DNA from: Chloroflexota bacterium
GTDB taxonomy: Bacteria > Chloroflexota > Dehalococcoidia > DSTF01 > RBG-16-68-14
DNA: 64,000 bases
Assembly: GCA_022562155.1 (NCBI GenBank)
Contig: JADFPV010000002.1
Span: forward strand, 9,712 to 73,711
Direction: 5' to 3'
Below the pieces are notes generated by a model. The model was not told the DNA's origin, ran no database searches, and was given only the letters and a program-made list of their open reading frames with translations. A program made the translations under genes and the position numbers. Shown one piece after another: positions 8,301 through 17,436 of the stretch (its first letter is position 1; every line of letters starts with the position of its first letter).

Positions 8301-9765
8301 GGTCCAGCGCCGGCGGTGTGGCGAGTCCCGGCAGGCGGTCGCGAATTTCCGTGACCACCTGGGCGATATCAGCCGCGCCGGAGCCCATGTCCGATTCCAG
8401 CGCTTGCAGGTCCCTGCTATGCACGTACGACCGGATCGCCTGCACCCATGGCCAGTATGAAGGCTGCCCAGCGCGTTCATGACAGCGGCCCCACAGCACC
8501 TGGGCGTCACGGAGGCGGGCGTAGGTCGCGAGCTCCTCAGCCAGGCGTGTCTTGCCGATGCCCGGCTCCCCTGTCAGTAGCACAATCTTTCCTTCGCCGG
8601 AGATCGCGCTGGCAAGCGCCGTCCGCAGCTCCTTCGTCTCGTCTTCTCGGCCAACGAACACGCCGCCCGCGATGCGATCGATCGGGTTCGCGCCGGCGAG
8701 ATCGGCGCCGTCGCTGCTGGCGGGGTCCATGTTGGCGGCAAGGGCATCGAGCTGCTCGGCAACAGCCTTGGCACTCTCAGGCCGCTCCTCGGGCCGCTTC
8801 TCCAAGAGCTTGAGGATGATCGCTTCGAGCGGCTTCGGCACCGCCGCGTTGTGCCAGGAGGGTGCTACCGGGGCCGTGCTGATGTGCTGAGAGATGATGG
8901 CGACCGGATCCGTGCCGGCGAACGGCGGACGGCCCGCCGCCATCTCATACATCATCGCCCCAAGCGAGTAGAGGTCGCAGCGCACGTCGGCCTCGCGCGT
9001 GCCGCCGACAGCCAGCTCTGGAGGCATGTAGGCTACGGTCCCCAGCATCGTGCCCGCCTGCGTTAATCGAGAGCTATCGAGCGCGATTGACAGGCCGAAG
9101 TCGCCTAGCTTGGCCGTGCCGTCAGCCGTCAGCCAGACGTTTTCGGGTTTCACGTCTCGATGAACGATTCCTTGGCTATGTGCGAAGGCAAGCGCCTGGC
9201 AGATCTGACTCGATGTCTTGATGACCTCAGGTATGGAGAGCCGGTTCTCGGGCGCCGCCCTCAGCGCATCAGCAATCGAGCCACCCTCCATGAACTCCTG
9301 GACGATGTAGGTTGAGGCACCATCGCCCCCTATGTCGTGAATGTTCGCGATATGGGGATGGTCTCGCAGCCGCACCATCGACTGCACCTCACGCTCGATG
9401 CGCGCGGCGGCTTCGGGTCCAAGCTCGTCTTTGATCGCCGCCACCGCGACGTTGCTGTCGAGCTTGGTGTCATGGGCCAGATAGACCCGCTTGACCCCGC
9501 CCTCGCCAAGGAACCGCTGCACTTGGTATCTGCCATTGCCAAACGAGTCGGGCAGGTCCCTCTGCGAACTGGCCACAGGAGATGGCGCTACGACCGTCTG
9601 ATCGCCGCTCGCATCAGCGACGGGCTTGCCGCACTGGCCACAGAATCGAGCGCCCGCCTCGAGAGATGTTCCACAGCTAGCGCAGGCAGCCGTGAGCGCG
9701 GCGCCGCAATTCACGCAGAAGCGCTGGTCGTCGCCATTGCTGTGTCTACAGCGCGGGCAGTTCAT
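5350..9765 (-). CDS. Multidomain signalling protein: double zinc-ribbon, Ser/Thr protein kinase, AAA/STAND ATPase, TPR/helical repeats, class III adenylate/guanylate cyclase (1471 aa)
   Basis: N-terminus CPRCRHSNGDDQRFCVNCGA...CASCGTS...CGQCGKP is a zinc-ribbon pair. Kinase motifs are VAAIK, HRDVKPENV, DFG and APE-like. The P-loop is LLTGEPGIGKTRLAEE. A long helical/TPR-like region follows. The C-terminal cyclase has LLFTDIVGSTP, KTAGDGFMLAF, GLHTGEA and RHVNLAARIA (metal-binding Asp residues plus the Asn/Arg transition-state pair). Confidence 0.85.
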   Translation of the reverse strand: MNCPRCRHSNGDDQRFCVNCGAALTAACASCGTSLEAGARFCGQCGKPVADASGDQTVVAPSPVASSQRDLPDSFGNGRYQVQRFLGEGGVKRVYLAHDTKLDSNVAVAAIKDELGPEAAARIEREVQSMVRLRDHPHIANIHDIGGDGASTYIVQEFMEGGSIADALRAAPENRLSIPEVIKTSSQICQALAFAHSQGIVHRDVKPENVWLTADGTAKLGDFGLSIALDSSRLTQAGTMLGTVAYMPPELAVGGTREADVRCDLYSLGAMMYEMAAGRPPFAGTDPVAIISQHISTAPVAPSWHNAAVPKPLEAIILKLLEKRPEERPESAKAVAEQLDALAANMDPASSDGADLAGANPIDRIAGGVFVGREDETKELRTALASAISGEGKIVLLTGEPGIGKTRLAEELATYARLRDAQVLWGRCHERAGQPSYWPWVQAIRSYVHSRDLQALESDMGSGAADIAQVVTEIRDRLPGLATPPALDPEQARFRLFDSITTFLKNASNREPLVIVLDDIQWADEASLLLLQFLAKEIQSSRVLVICTVRDTELDREQPAARVLAELAKEPVTSSIALTGLTTDDITQFVELSTGKVAAPGLAGALFKQAEGNPFVTSEIVKLLASDGRLDEGATSTSWSVAIPDGVRAIVTRRLEHLSEPCRDFLASAAVVGRAFDLRVVERVAGVSVEAAVDALDEAASARLVEELEEGTGRYQFSHAITRDTLYQDQPPSRRLELHRAVGERLESIYGTESAAHIGQLAYHFAEAAKAGTAEKAVAYARKAGDQALARLAYEDAVGHYRRAVQALAFVDQQSDKVRAELLLAQGTAAIKTAGYKEAKKPLWEALGIAKEIGDVRLFTLSTLAFSRSAFEAYKVEPERVAMLEDALKLVGESDAALRARLCSELASALQWSADPGRRDELGDEALTLSREAHDSEGRLDILVSWIEANYHHDRLDQRLEVCHELIDAGQEFGSIWHEAEGNLRLYTSSLEAGDVPGADEAARLFRNIVEKGKINRYAGWVAAYPAMKAIFEGRLEEADVLVPQTLAAFQSCGEPDALLRAGFQLMTLRTFQGRLAELEPAIRGVVTQYGETVASRVIMAFYWTQAGNLEEAREEWELAKEHIADLSRDPSWFETQLMLAEVCAFVEDAERANTLYELIGDYADRNGVLSLGAVCTGSVAHQAALLAVTAGRLDEAEMHFETALVANERMGTRPFLARTQFAYARMLLKRDGEGDDEKARELIADSLETAEEIGMPKLVSDIVALKLELQGVTIDSVANSIETVARTVLAERPDLRPHAAPDGTVTLLFTDIVGSTPMNERLGDKHWMELLREHNAIVREHVSAHQGYEVKTAGDGFMLAFSSARRAVDCAMAIQRGIAERNASADETIEVRAGLHTGEAIQEDGDFYGRHVNLAARIAAHASAGQILVSSLLKELTNSTGDIDFDSGTEVELKGISETQQLFAVGWQVS

Positions 9766-9983
9766 GGCCCTGTGCTCTCCGCTGTCATCGCCACCCCAGT
9801 CGCGATATTTCGACGCCTGATTCTAACAGAAAGCGAAACACGTTAGACGCGCTTCCGGAAACAGCTTGGCGCTCTGCGCCCTCAAGCCTGCCCTGCGCGG
9901 AGGCGAAGTCGCCAGGAGTTGCGCAAGCCGGCCAAAGGTGGGCCAACTGCCAAGCCAGCCCGTCAGGGCTAGCCGTCCAGCCT

Positions 9984-12050
9984 CTAGCCTCCAGCCTCCA
10001 ACTGTCTAACGAGCGCCTCCGGCTCGGTGACCGGGAGCTGGCAGGCGTAGTTCTCGCAGACGTAGGCGGCGGGCTTGCCGTCGACGAGGTCGCGGTCCTG
10101 GAGCAGCGGCGATGTCGCGGCGGCTACGGGCGACTCGGCGCCTGCGGCACTGTCGGCTCCTGCAAGGGCGCGATTCGGCAGGTAGCGGCCGCGGGCAACC
10201 CGCAGGAGCGCCTGGGTCGCCGGGTCATCGTACGGGCCCATGATCACGATCTCCTTCGGTGTCGAGAGGTAGAAGTCGAGCGCCGAGAGCCAGTTGGCGA
10301 AGCCGGCCGGCGCCCGCGCGAGGAACTCGTGGACGGAGCGCAGCGACGAGAGGGCGGCGCGCTGGTAGTCCGCGTTGCCGGTGAAGAGCGCCAGGCGGAA
10401 GAGGGCCATCGTCGCGGAGGAGCTGCCGGAAGGCGTCGCGTTGTCGGACACCTCTCGCGGGCGGTAGAGGAGCTGTTCGTGGTCGCTGCCGGTGTCGTAG
10501 AAGACGCCCTGGTCCTGCTCCCAGAACAGCTCCATCATTCCATCGGCCAGCTTTATTGCTTCCGCCAGCCATCGTTGCTCGAACGTCGCCTCGTAGAGCG
10601 AGAGGAGGGCATCGATCAAGTAGCCGTAGTCCTCCAGGTAGCCGTTGAGCTTGGCGGCGCCGTCCTTCCACGTGCGGAGCAGCCGACCGTCTTTCACGAG
10701 CGAGTCGATCAGGAACTCGGCGTTGCGCCGCGCGACATCGACGTAGTGCTCGTGATCGAGCGCGGCGCCGGCTTCGGCGAAGGCCTTGAGCATGATCGCG
10801 TTCCAAGAGGTGAGTACCTTGTCGTCGAGGCCGGGCCGGACGCGCTTCTCGCGCTCGTCGAAGAGTGCCTCGCGGATCTTGGCAACAGAGACATGCAGTT
10901 CGTCCGACGAGATGCCCAGCTCCTGAAGCACCTCCTCCTCCGGTTCGGGAATCGAGAGGATGTTGCGACCCTCGAAGTTGCCCTGGTCGGTGAGGCCGAA
11001 ATAGGCGCGCGCGACGCGGCCCAGCTCCTCGCCGACGAGGTCGTCAACGTCGGATGCCTCCCAGACGAAGAACTTGCCCTCTTCGCCCTCGCTGTCGGCG
11101 TCCTGAGCCGAATAGAAACCTCCAGACGGGTCGAGCATCTCGCGCTCGACGTAGGCCAGGGTCTCCTCCACCACGCGGCGGTAGAGGCCGTTGCCGGTGA
11201 CCTGCCAGGCGTGGAGGTAGACGGGGACGAGGAGCGCGTTGTCGTAGAGCATCTTCTCGAAGTGAGGGACCAGCCAGATGTCGTCGGTGGCGTAGCGGGC
11301 GAACCCGCCACCGATCTGATCGTAGATGCCGCCGAGGGCCATCTTCGTGAGCGTCAGGTCGACCATCTGGAGCGCTTGGTCGTCGTGGGTGTCATGCCAG
11401 TACCGGAGCAGGAACTCCAGGGCCATCGCCTGGGGAAACTTGGGCGCCGGGCCGAAGCCGCCGTTATCGCCGTCGAACATCGACACCAGGGTGCTGAAGG
11501 CACGTGTGATAGTCGCGCGCGTCATCGGCTCGGTGCTGGCCTGGGCTACGGTCTGGGCCTGGAGCTGTTCGACGAGCTTGCTGGTCGTTTCGGTGACCTC
11601 GTCTCTGCGGTCGCGATAGGCATCGGCAGCCCCAGTGAGCACGCGCGGGAACCCGGGCATGCCGCCTCGATCTTCCGGGGGGAAGTACGTGCCGGTGAAG
11701 TAAGGCTTGCCGTCCGGCGTCATGAAGATGGACATCGGCCATCCGCCGCGGCCGGTCATCGCCTGTGTCGTGGCCATGTAGATCGAGTCGACGTCGGGCC
11801 GCTCTTCGCGATCGACTTTGATGTTGACGAAGCGCTCGTTCATGAGCGCGGCGATCTCATCGTTCTCGAATGACTCGCGCTCCATGACGTGGCACCAATG
11901 GCAGGCGGAGTAGCCGATGCTGAGGAAGACCGGACGGTCCTCGTTGCGGGCGCGTTCGAACGCATCGTCGCCCCAGGGGTACCAATCGACGGGGTTGTCC
12001 TTGTGCTGGAGCAGGTAGGGGCTGGTCTCGTCCGCGAGTCTGTTTGGCAA
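9984..12050 (-). CDS. Thioredoxin-domain protein of the YyaL/DUF255 family (N-acylglucosamine-2-epimerase-like alpha-toroid C-terminal region)
   Basis: N-terminal motif [55 protein letters not shown] place the start at the TTG at 12050, preceded by GAAGGAGA and a 3-nt spacer, giving [16 protein letters not shown]. The listed ATG at 12104 or 12197 would overlap the divergent neighbour. Confidence 0.8.
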   Translation of the reverse strand: MPNRLADETSPYLLQHKDNPVDWYPWGDDAFERARNEDRPVFLSIGYSACHWCHVMERESFENDEIAALMNERFVNIKVDREERPDVDSIYMATTQAMTGRGGWPMSIFMTPDGKPYFTGTYFPPEDRGGMPGFPRVLTGAADAYRDRRDEVTETTSKLVEQLQAQTVAQASTEPMTRATITRAFSTLVSMFDGDNGGFGPAPKFPQAMALEFLLRYWHDTHDDQALQMVDLTLTKMALGGIYDQIGGGFARYATDDIWLVPHFEKMLYDNALLVPVYLHAWQVTGNGLYRRVVEETLAYVEREMLDPSGGFYSAQDADSEGEEGKFFVWEASDVDDLVGEELGRVARAYFGLTDQGNFEGRNILSIPEPEEEVLQELGISSDELHVSVAKIREALFDEREKRVRPGLDDKVLTSWNAIMLKAFAEAGAALDHEHYVDVARRNAEFLIDSLVKDGRLLRTWKDGAAKLNGYLEDYGYLIDALLSLYEATFEQRWLAEAIKLADGMMELFWEQDQGVFYDTGSDHEQLLYRPREVSDNATPSGSSSATMALFRLALFTGNADYQRAALSSLRSVHEFLARAPAGFANWLSALDFYLSTPKEIVIMGPYDDPATQALLRVARGRYLPNRALAGADSAAGAESPVAAATSPLLQDRDLVDGKPAAYVCENYACQLPVTEPEALVRQLEAGG

Positions 12051-12102
12051 GCGTCTCCTTCGTTTATCAACGTAGCAGAATTCGCCAGGGTACGATGTAG
12101 TC

Positions 12103-12903
12103 ATGACGAAATCTGATCGGCGACAACAGGCGCTCGAACAGCTCCGGCCGTACATGGAGCGTGCCCGGACATTCGAAGGCTGGGACTTCCGGGGCATGCC
12201 GGTTCCAAGGCCGCTTGAGCCCGGGCCGCCATGGGACTATGCGGAGCTTGTGCGAGAGCGCGCCCGGGGTGCGCAGTCGGCGCTCGATCTCGGAACCGGC
12301 GGTGGAGAGTTCGTCGAGAGCGTGCGCGAAGACTTGCCCGCGCTGACCGTGGCGACCGAGGAATGGCACGTCAACGCGCCTATTGCACACCGGCGCCTGA
12401 CCTCCCTGGGTGCGGACCTGGTCTGGTGCCGGAGCCTTCATTTGCCGTTCGAAGAAGAGACGTTCGATCTCGTATTCGATCGGCACGAGGAGCTAGACCC
12501 GCATGAGGTCGCGCGCGTCCTCCGGCCGCGCGGCCAGGTGGTCACTCAGCAGGTTGGGCCAAACAACTGGATCGAGCTGCAGCGCCATTTCGGCGGAGCA
12601 ACATCCGGCCACCGAGGAACATCGCGCATCGCAGACTTCGGCGACATTCGCGGCGACTACGCGAGAGGGTTTCTTGAGGCTGGACTCGTCTTAACGCGTA
12701 ACGAGCAACACGACTACAAGATTGCCTACCAGGAGCTCGGACTTCTTGTGTTCATGCTTCTCATTACGCCGTGGACGATTCCTGACTTCGACGTTGAGCG
12801 CGATCTAGATGTGCTGCTAGCTCTGGAAGAGGCATGCACCACGGAGGACGGTCTTGTCATGACCTTCAGCCGGTTCTTGCTGGTGGCCGAGAAGCCGGCC
12901 TGA
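12103..12903 (+). CDS. Class I SAM-dependent methyltransferase
   Basis: Motif [11 protein letters not shown], then an acidic motif II and a Rossmann-like segment. 266 aa. Confidence 0.7.
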   Translation: MTKSDRRQQALEQLRPYMERARTFEGWDFRGMPVPRPLEPGPPWDYAELVRERARGAQSALDLGTGGGEFVESVREDLPALTVATEEWHVNAPIAHRRLTSLGADLVWCRSLHLPFEEETFDLVFDRHEELDPHEVARVLRPRGQVVTQQVGPNNWIELQRHFGGATSGHRGTSRIADFGDIRGDYARGFLEAGLVLTRNEQHDYKIAYQELGLLVFMLLITPWTIPDFDVERDLDVLLALEEACTTEDGLVMTFSRFLLVAEKPA

Positions 12904-12943
12904 TTCGTCGTGGCGCCTACTACGCTGGTACAATCGGGCTGAG

Positions 12944-13408
12944 ATGAAGATCGCCGTAGGTTGCGACCACGCAGGGTTTCCTCTGAAAGCGCCAGCCATC
13001 GCCGAATTGAAGTCCCTTGGCCACGAAGTGCTCGACAAGGGTACCGACAGCACCGAAGCGGTGGACTACCCGGAGTACGCTCAGGCTGTGGCGGAGGCCG
13101 TGATGCGCGGCGACGCCGACCGCGGCTTGCTGCTATGCGGAAGCGGTGTGGGCGCCTGTGTTGCCGCGAACAAGGTCCCCGGCGTGCGGGCCGCAACCTG
13201 CCACGATACGTACTCCGCGCACCAGGGCGTCGAACACGACGACGCGAACGTCCTGTGCCTGGGCGCGCGCGTGGTAGGCGAGAAGCTAGCGCTCGAGATC
13301 ATCCGTGCGTGGGCCGGCGCGCGTTTTTCTGGGGCGGAACGTCACAAGCGGCGACTCGGCAAGGTGAACGCGATCGAGGCCAAGTACCAGCGGAAGCCGT
13401 CCGACTAG
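12944..13408 (+). CDS. rpiB: Ribose-5-phosphate isomerase B (RpiB/LacAB family)
   Basis: MKIAVGCDHAGFPLK...LLCGSGVGACVAANKVPGVRAA...HDDANVLCLGARVVG is the canonical RpiB signature. 154 aa. Confidence 0.9.
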   Translation: MKIAVGCDHAGFPLKAPAIAELKSLGHEVLDKGTDSTEAVDYPEYAQAVAEAVMRGDADRGLLLCGSGVGACVAANKVPGVRAATCHDTYSAHQGVEHDDANVLCLGARVVGEKLALEIIRAWAGARFSGAERHKRRLGKVNAIEAKYQRKPSD

Positions 13409-13426
13409 GCCCGGCATAGCCTACCC

Positions 13427-14251
13427 ATGAATGAGCCTGAGCCCGTCCTCACCGTCGGTCTATTTCCGAAGGAGCGGCAACTGCTCCTCGGCCTGCTCGA
13501 GAGCTTGTCCGATGAGGAATGGGCGAGGCCCACCGTCTGCACGGGCTGGTCAGTCAAGGACGTCGCGCTGCACGTGCTGGGCGATGACATCGGCGTACTC
13601 TCCAGGAAGCGTGATGGCCACTCGAGCGCCAACCAGCAACTCGGCTCGTGGGAGGAGCTGGTGGCGTTCCTGAACGCCTGGAACGAGCGCTGGGTGGAGT
13701 CGGCGAGGAGGATCAGTTCACCGCTACTCCTCGAAATGCTGCGCATGACGGGTGACGACTTGCATCGCTATTTCGCGTCGCTTGATATGGACGCACTCGG
13801 CGGGCCCGTAAGTTGGGCCGGGCCAGAGCCGGCGCCGGTCTGGCTGGACGTGGCGCGAGAATACACCGAGCACTGGTTACACCAGCAGCAGATACGTGAC
13901 GCTGTCAGAGGGCCTGGAGCTAAAGACCGCGAGCTGTTCGGGCCGGTATTAGCAACGTTCGTTCATGCGCTGCCACATACGTATCGGGATGTACCAGCCG
14001 AAGAGGGTACTCATGTCCGGCTGACGATTGAGGGTGAATCGGGCGGCACGTGGTCGTTAGTACGGCAAGGGAAGCGTTGGAAGCTCTACGTCGACGTTGA
14101 GGGCGAGCCGGACGCCTCGGTGCGTATCGACCAGGAACGGGCGTGGCGTCTGTTCACGAAGGGCATCGACAAGAGCGAGTCGGGTGCGAAAATCGAGGGC
14201 GATCGCGCGCTGGGCGAGCGGATGCTCGACATGGTATCAATCATTGCGTAA
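13427..14251 (+). CDS. DinB/YfiT-like, maleylpyruvate isomerase N-terminal domain family protein (mycothiol-dependent-type, TIGR03083-like)
   Basis: N-terminus ...LSDEEWARPTVCTGWSVKDVALHVLGDDIG... fits the MDMPI_N/DinB_2 pattern. 274 aa. Confidence 0.6.
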   Translation: MNEPEPVLTVGLFPKERQLLLGLLESLSDEEWARPTVCTGWSVKDVALHVLGDDIGVLSRKRDGHSSANQQLGSWEELVAFLNAWNERWVESARRISSPLLLEMLRMTGDDLHRYFASLDMDALGGPVSWAGPEPAPVWLDVAREYTEHWLHQQQIRDAVRGPGAKDRELFGPVLATFVHALPHTYRDVPAEEGTHVRLTIEGESGGTWSLVRQGKRWKLYVDVEGEPDASVRIDQERAWRLFTKGIDKSESGAKIEGDRALGERMLDMVSIIA

Positions 14252-14259
14252 CGCAAGAG

Positions 14260-14282
14260 CCAGGTGGTCAACGACCACCTGG
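14260..14282. terminator. Perfect 10-bp hairpin, bidirectional terminator between convergent genes
   Basis: CCAGGTGGTC-aac-GACCACCTGG, immediately after the stop at 14251 and before the convergent stop at 14310. Confidence 0.65.
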
Positions 14283-14309
14283 CTCGAGTGTTCCAACTAA
14301 GCCGGCTAA

Positions 14310-14627
<318 letters not shown>

Positions 14628-14803
14628 GTGACGACCCCTTTCCTTGTTTCGCCCAGGTCGTCTGCGCCGTGCTCATGTTCGAGTTCAGAACTGATGACTG
14701 GGACCCATGTTTCCCTCCAATGATACGTCAAGCCAGGCGTTAAGGGGAAGAGGGCCGTCCTCTAGGTTCGTCGGCGCATTTTGCCATAACGATTCGCTTC
14801 GCT

Positions 14804-15265
14804 ATGATGCGTCTCGTTGTGCCCAAGCGACCGTTTCCTCAGCCAACGCCAGAGACGCAGGCCTATTGGGACGCCTGTTCTAACCACAAGCTGACGCTCC
14901 AGCGTTGCTTGGACTGTGAGGGGCATCCCGCCTACTTCTACCCGCGGCCGTTTTGCCCGAAGTGCCTCTCGCGCAACGTGGAGTCGTTCGAGGCGTCTGG
15001 CAAAGGCAAGCTACACACCTACGTGATCGCCCATCGAGGTGCGATGGGCTTCCAGGATGACGTACCGTACGTGATCGCCGTCGTCGAACTCGACGAGGGT
15101 CCGCGCATGATGTCGAACATCGTCGGCGTCGAGGTAACTCCAGAAAACCTGCCCGCAGATCTTCCCGTTGAAGTGACGTGGGAGGACGTGGAGCACAAGG
15201 GGCGGGATGGCACAGTGCAGAAGACGGCAGTGCCGCTGTTCAAGCCCATCGGAGCTATGTCATGA
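14804..15265 (+). CDS. Zn-ribbon + OB-fold protein (DUF35 family; partner of SCP-x/Ltp-type thiolases)
   Basis: CLDCEGHPAYFYPRPFCPKCLS is the zinc ribbon, followed by an OB-fold region. Stop/start overlap (ATGA) with the downstream thiolase gene. Confidence 0.75.
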   Translation: MMRLVVPKRPFPQPTPETQAYWDACSNHKLTLQRCLDCEGHPAYFYPRPFCPKCLSRNVESFEASGKGKLHTYVIAHRGAMGFQDDVPYVIAVVELDEGPRMMSNIVGVEVTPENLPADLPVEVTWEDVEHKGRDGTVQKTAVPLFKPIGAMS

Positions 15266-16416
15266 GCAGTCCTCTCCGGATGGCCTCAGCAATCGTGGGC
15301 GCCGCTGAGACCGAAGAGCTCGGCGTGATCCCGGACAAGTCGGCCACGCAACTGCACGCCGACGCCGCCATCCGAGCGATGGAGGACGCCGGCATCAAGA
15401 ACACCGATATCGATGCCGTCCTCACTGCCGGCTCGCCGACACAGATCGCGGAGTACCTTGGGATCCATCCTACCTACGTCGACGGGACGTCCATCGGCGG
15501 ATGCTCGTTCATGCTGCACGTCGCTCACGCGGCGGCGGCGCTAGTGACCAAGCGCTGCAACGTCGCGCTGATCACGCACGGCCAGAGCGGCCGCTCCCGG
15601 GTAGGTGAGGGTGGGCGGTTCGGCGGTGTATCGTCGTCGCCGTCCGGACAGTTCGAGGACCCTTACGGCACCTGGGGCGCGCCTTCGCGATTCACGTTGC
15701 CCTTCGTGCGCCACATGCAGGACTACGGGACGACCGAAGAGCAGCTTGCGTCGGTCGCGGTAGCGCAGCGCCGATGGGCGGAGAAGAACCCGCGCGCGAT
15801 GATGCGCGACCCGATAGACATCCAGGACGTTCTTGACTCACGCACGATCTGCTGGCCGTTCCATTTGCTGGAGTGCTGCCTGGTCACTGACGGTGGCGGC
15901 GCATTGATCATGGTCGCGGCGGAACGAGCGAACGACTTCCCGAAGAAGCCCGTTTACGTTGCGGGCATGGGCGAGTCGGTCGAGATGACGATGATCTCGC
16001 AGATGCACGACTTCACGTCCTCACGAGCGTTCGTGACGAGTGGACGTGAAGCGTTCAAGATGGCGGAGATCAGTCATTCAGACGTCGACCACATCATGAT
16101 CTACGACGCGTTCGCGCACCTGCCGATCTTCGCGATGGAGGATCTCGGCTTCATGAAGAAGGGCGAGGCTGCGCCGTGGTTCGCCGAGATGAAGTCGGTG
16201 CCCGGCGGTGAGTTGCCGGTCAACACGAACGGCGGCGGGCTCTCCTACACGCACACTGGCATGTACGGCATGTTCGCGATTCAGGAGAGCGTACGGCAGC
16301 TCCGTGGCGAAGCGGCGGCGCAGGTCGATGGCGTGAACGTGAGCGTTGCGCACGGCGTCGGCGGCATGTTTTTTGCGGCCGGTACACTGATCCTGACGAA
16401 CGACGCGACCGCCTAG
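15262..16416 (+). CDS. Thiolase-like lipid-transfer protein (SCP-x/Ltp family thiolase, propanoyl-CoA C-acyltransferase-like)
   Basis: True start is the ATG at 15262 (MSSPLRMASAIVGAAE...). Thiolase-fold Cys region; the C-terminal motif NTNGGGLSYTHTGMYGMFAIQESVRQLRGEA is typical of the nonspecific lipid-transfer thiolase family. 384 aa. Confidence 0.75.
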   Translation: MSSPLRMASAIVGAAETEELGVIPDKSATQLHADAAIRAMEDAGIKNTDIDAVLTAGSPTQIAEYLGIHPTYVDGTSIGGCSFMLHVAHAAAALVTKRCNVALITHGQSGRSRVGEGGRFGGVSSSPSGQFEDPYGTWGAPSRFTLPFVRHMQDYGTTEEQLASVAVAQRRWAEKNPRAMMRDPIDIQDVLDSRTICWPFHLLECCLVTDGGGALIMVAAERANDFPKKPVYVAGMGESVEMTMISQMHDFTSSRAFVTSGREAFKMAEISHSDVDHIMIYDAFAHLPIFAMEDLGFMKKGEAAPWFAEMKSVPGGELPVNTNGGGLSYTHTGMYGMFAIQESVRQLRGEAAAQVDGVNVSVAHGVGGMFFAAGTLILTNDATA

Positions 16417-16441
16417 TCGCTGGGCGCAGCAAGCGGCGCCC

Positions 16442-17335
16442 CTACTCTTGCAGGTCCTTGAGGTACTTCGAGGCAAACTCCTCAATGATCGAGTTTGCAT
16501 TCATCATGTGGGCTGGGTGCACGCCGAGGATGGCATGGAAGATGCCGCGCTCCTTGAGTTTGCCCAGTCCTTCTGCGGCCTGCTCAAGATGGTCCGGTGA
16601 AAGGACGCCCGCGCCCTCGAGCGACAACTTGAGTTGATTAGGATCGCGGCCAGCCTTGACGGCCTCTTCCTTCGCGAAGGCGAAGTCCTCGTCGAGAGAC
16701 GCGAACGCCTTCGGCGTGGCGAGCCAGCCGTCCGCGTACTTGCCGACGCGCCGGAGTTGGCCCTTGCTCTCGCCACCAAGCCAGATTGGGATACCGCCTT
16801 CTTGTACCGGCTTGGGGTTACAGGTCCAGTCGACGGCCTCGTAGAATTCGCCTTTGAAGTTGACCCACTCTTCCGTCCAGAGCTGACGGACGAGCTGCAG
16901 GCATTCGTCCATGCGTCTGCCTCGGCGCTCGAAGGGTACGGAGAGCACCTCGAACTCCTGCTCCCACCAGCCGACGCCCGCGCCCAGCACGAATCGACCG
17001 CCGGAGAGCGCGTCGATGGTCGCCATGATTTTGGCGTGGAGGACGGGCTGGCGCATCGGTAGGACGAGGACCGACGTGCCGATGCGCACGTCTTTCGTGA
17101 TTGCCGCGATGTAGGCGAGCTGCGTGAGCGGCTCCAGGAAGTCCATCGTCGGCGGGAAGCCAAGCTTGCCGTCCGGCGAGTAGGGATACTGAGACTGCTG
17201 GTCCTTCTGTAGTACGACGTGGTCAAAGACCCAGATGCCGTCGTAGCCCGCGTCGTCGACGGTCGTTGCGAACGACGTAACATTGTCGCGCGCGGAAGGT
17301 GGGCCGACCTGGGGGACGTGCATTCCTATTTCCAT
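16442..17335 (-). CDS. LLM-class (luciferase-like) flavin/F420-dependent oxidoreductase
   Basis: ...GYDGIWVFDH...RIGTSVLVLPMRQP...GGRFVLGAGVGWWEQEF...IPIWLGGES are TIM-barrel LLM signatures. Start chosen at the ATG at 17335, with AAAGGA 9 nt upstream. Confidence 0.75.
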   Translation of the reverse strand: MEIGMHVPQVGPPSARDNVTSFATTVDDAGYDGIWVFDHVVLQKDQQSQYPYSPDGKLGFPPTMDFLEPLTQLAYIAAITKDVRIGTSVLVLPMRQPVLHAKIMATIDALSGGRFVLGAGVGWWEQEFEVLSVPFERRGRRMDECLQLVRQLWTEEWVNFKGEFYEAVDWTCNPKPVQEGGIPIWLGGESKGQLRRVGKYADGWLATPKAFASLDEDFAFAKEEAVKAGRDPNQLKLSLEGAGVLSPDHLEQAAEGLGKLKERGIFHAILGVHPAHMMNANSIIEEFASKYLKDLQE

Positions 17336-17436
17336 GTTGTGCATTCCTTTCGTGAGCTACGTGGCAAAGCGCGGCAAGTATAGCAGGCGGAACGCCTCTG
17401 CTAGACTTGTGCGAGCGTTAGGTGGAGGACGTAGCG

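Noticed and set aside
9766-9983. Regulatory repeats upstream of the kinase-cyclase gene (CCAGCCTCTAGCCTCCAGCCTCC)
   Set aside because: Only a short, low-complexity CT-rich reiteration with no clear dyad symmetry or -35/-10 context. I cannot support it as an operator.
10329-11873. 514-aa plus-strand ORF
   Set aside because: It is antisense to the well-supported YyaL/thioredoxin-domain gene and has no recognisable motifs. A GC-driven open frame.
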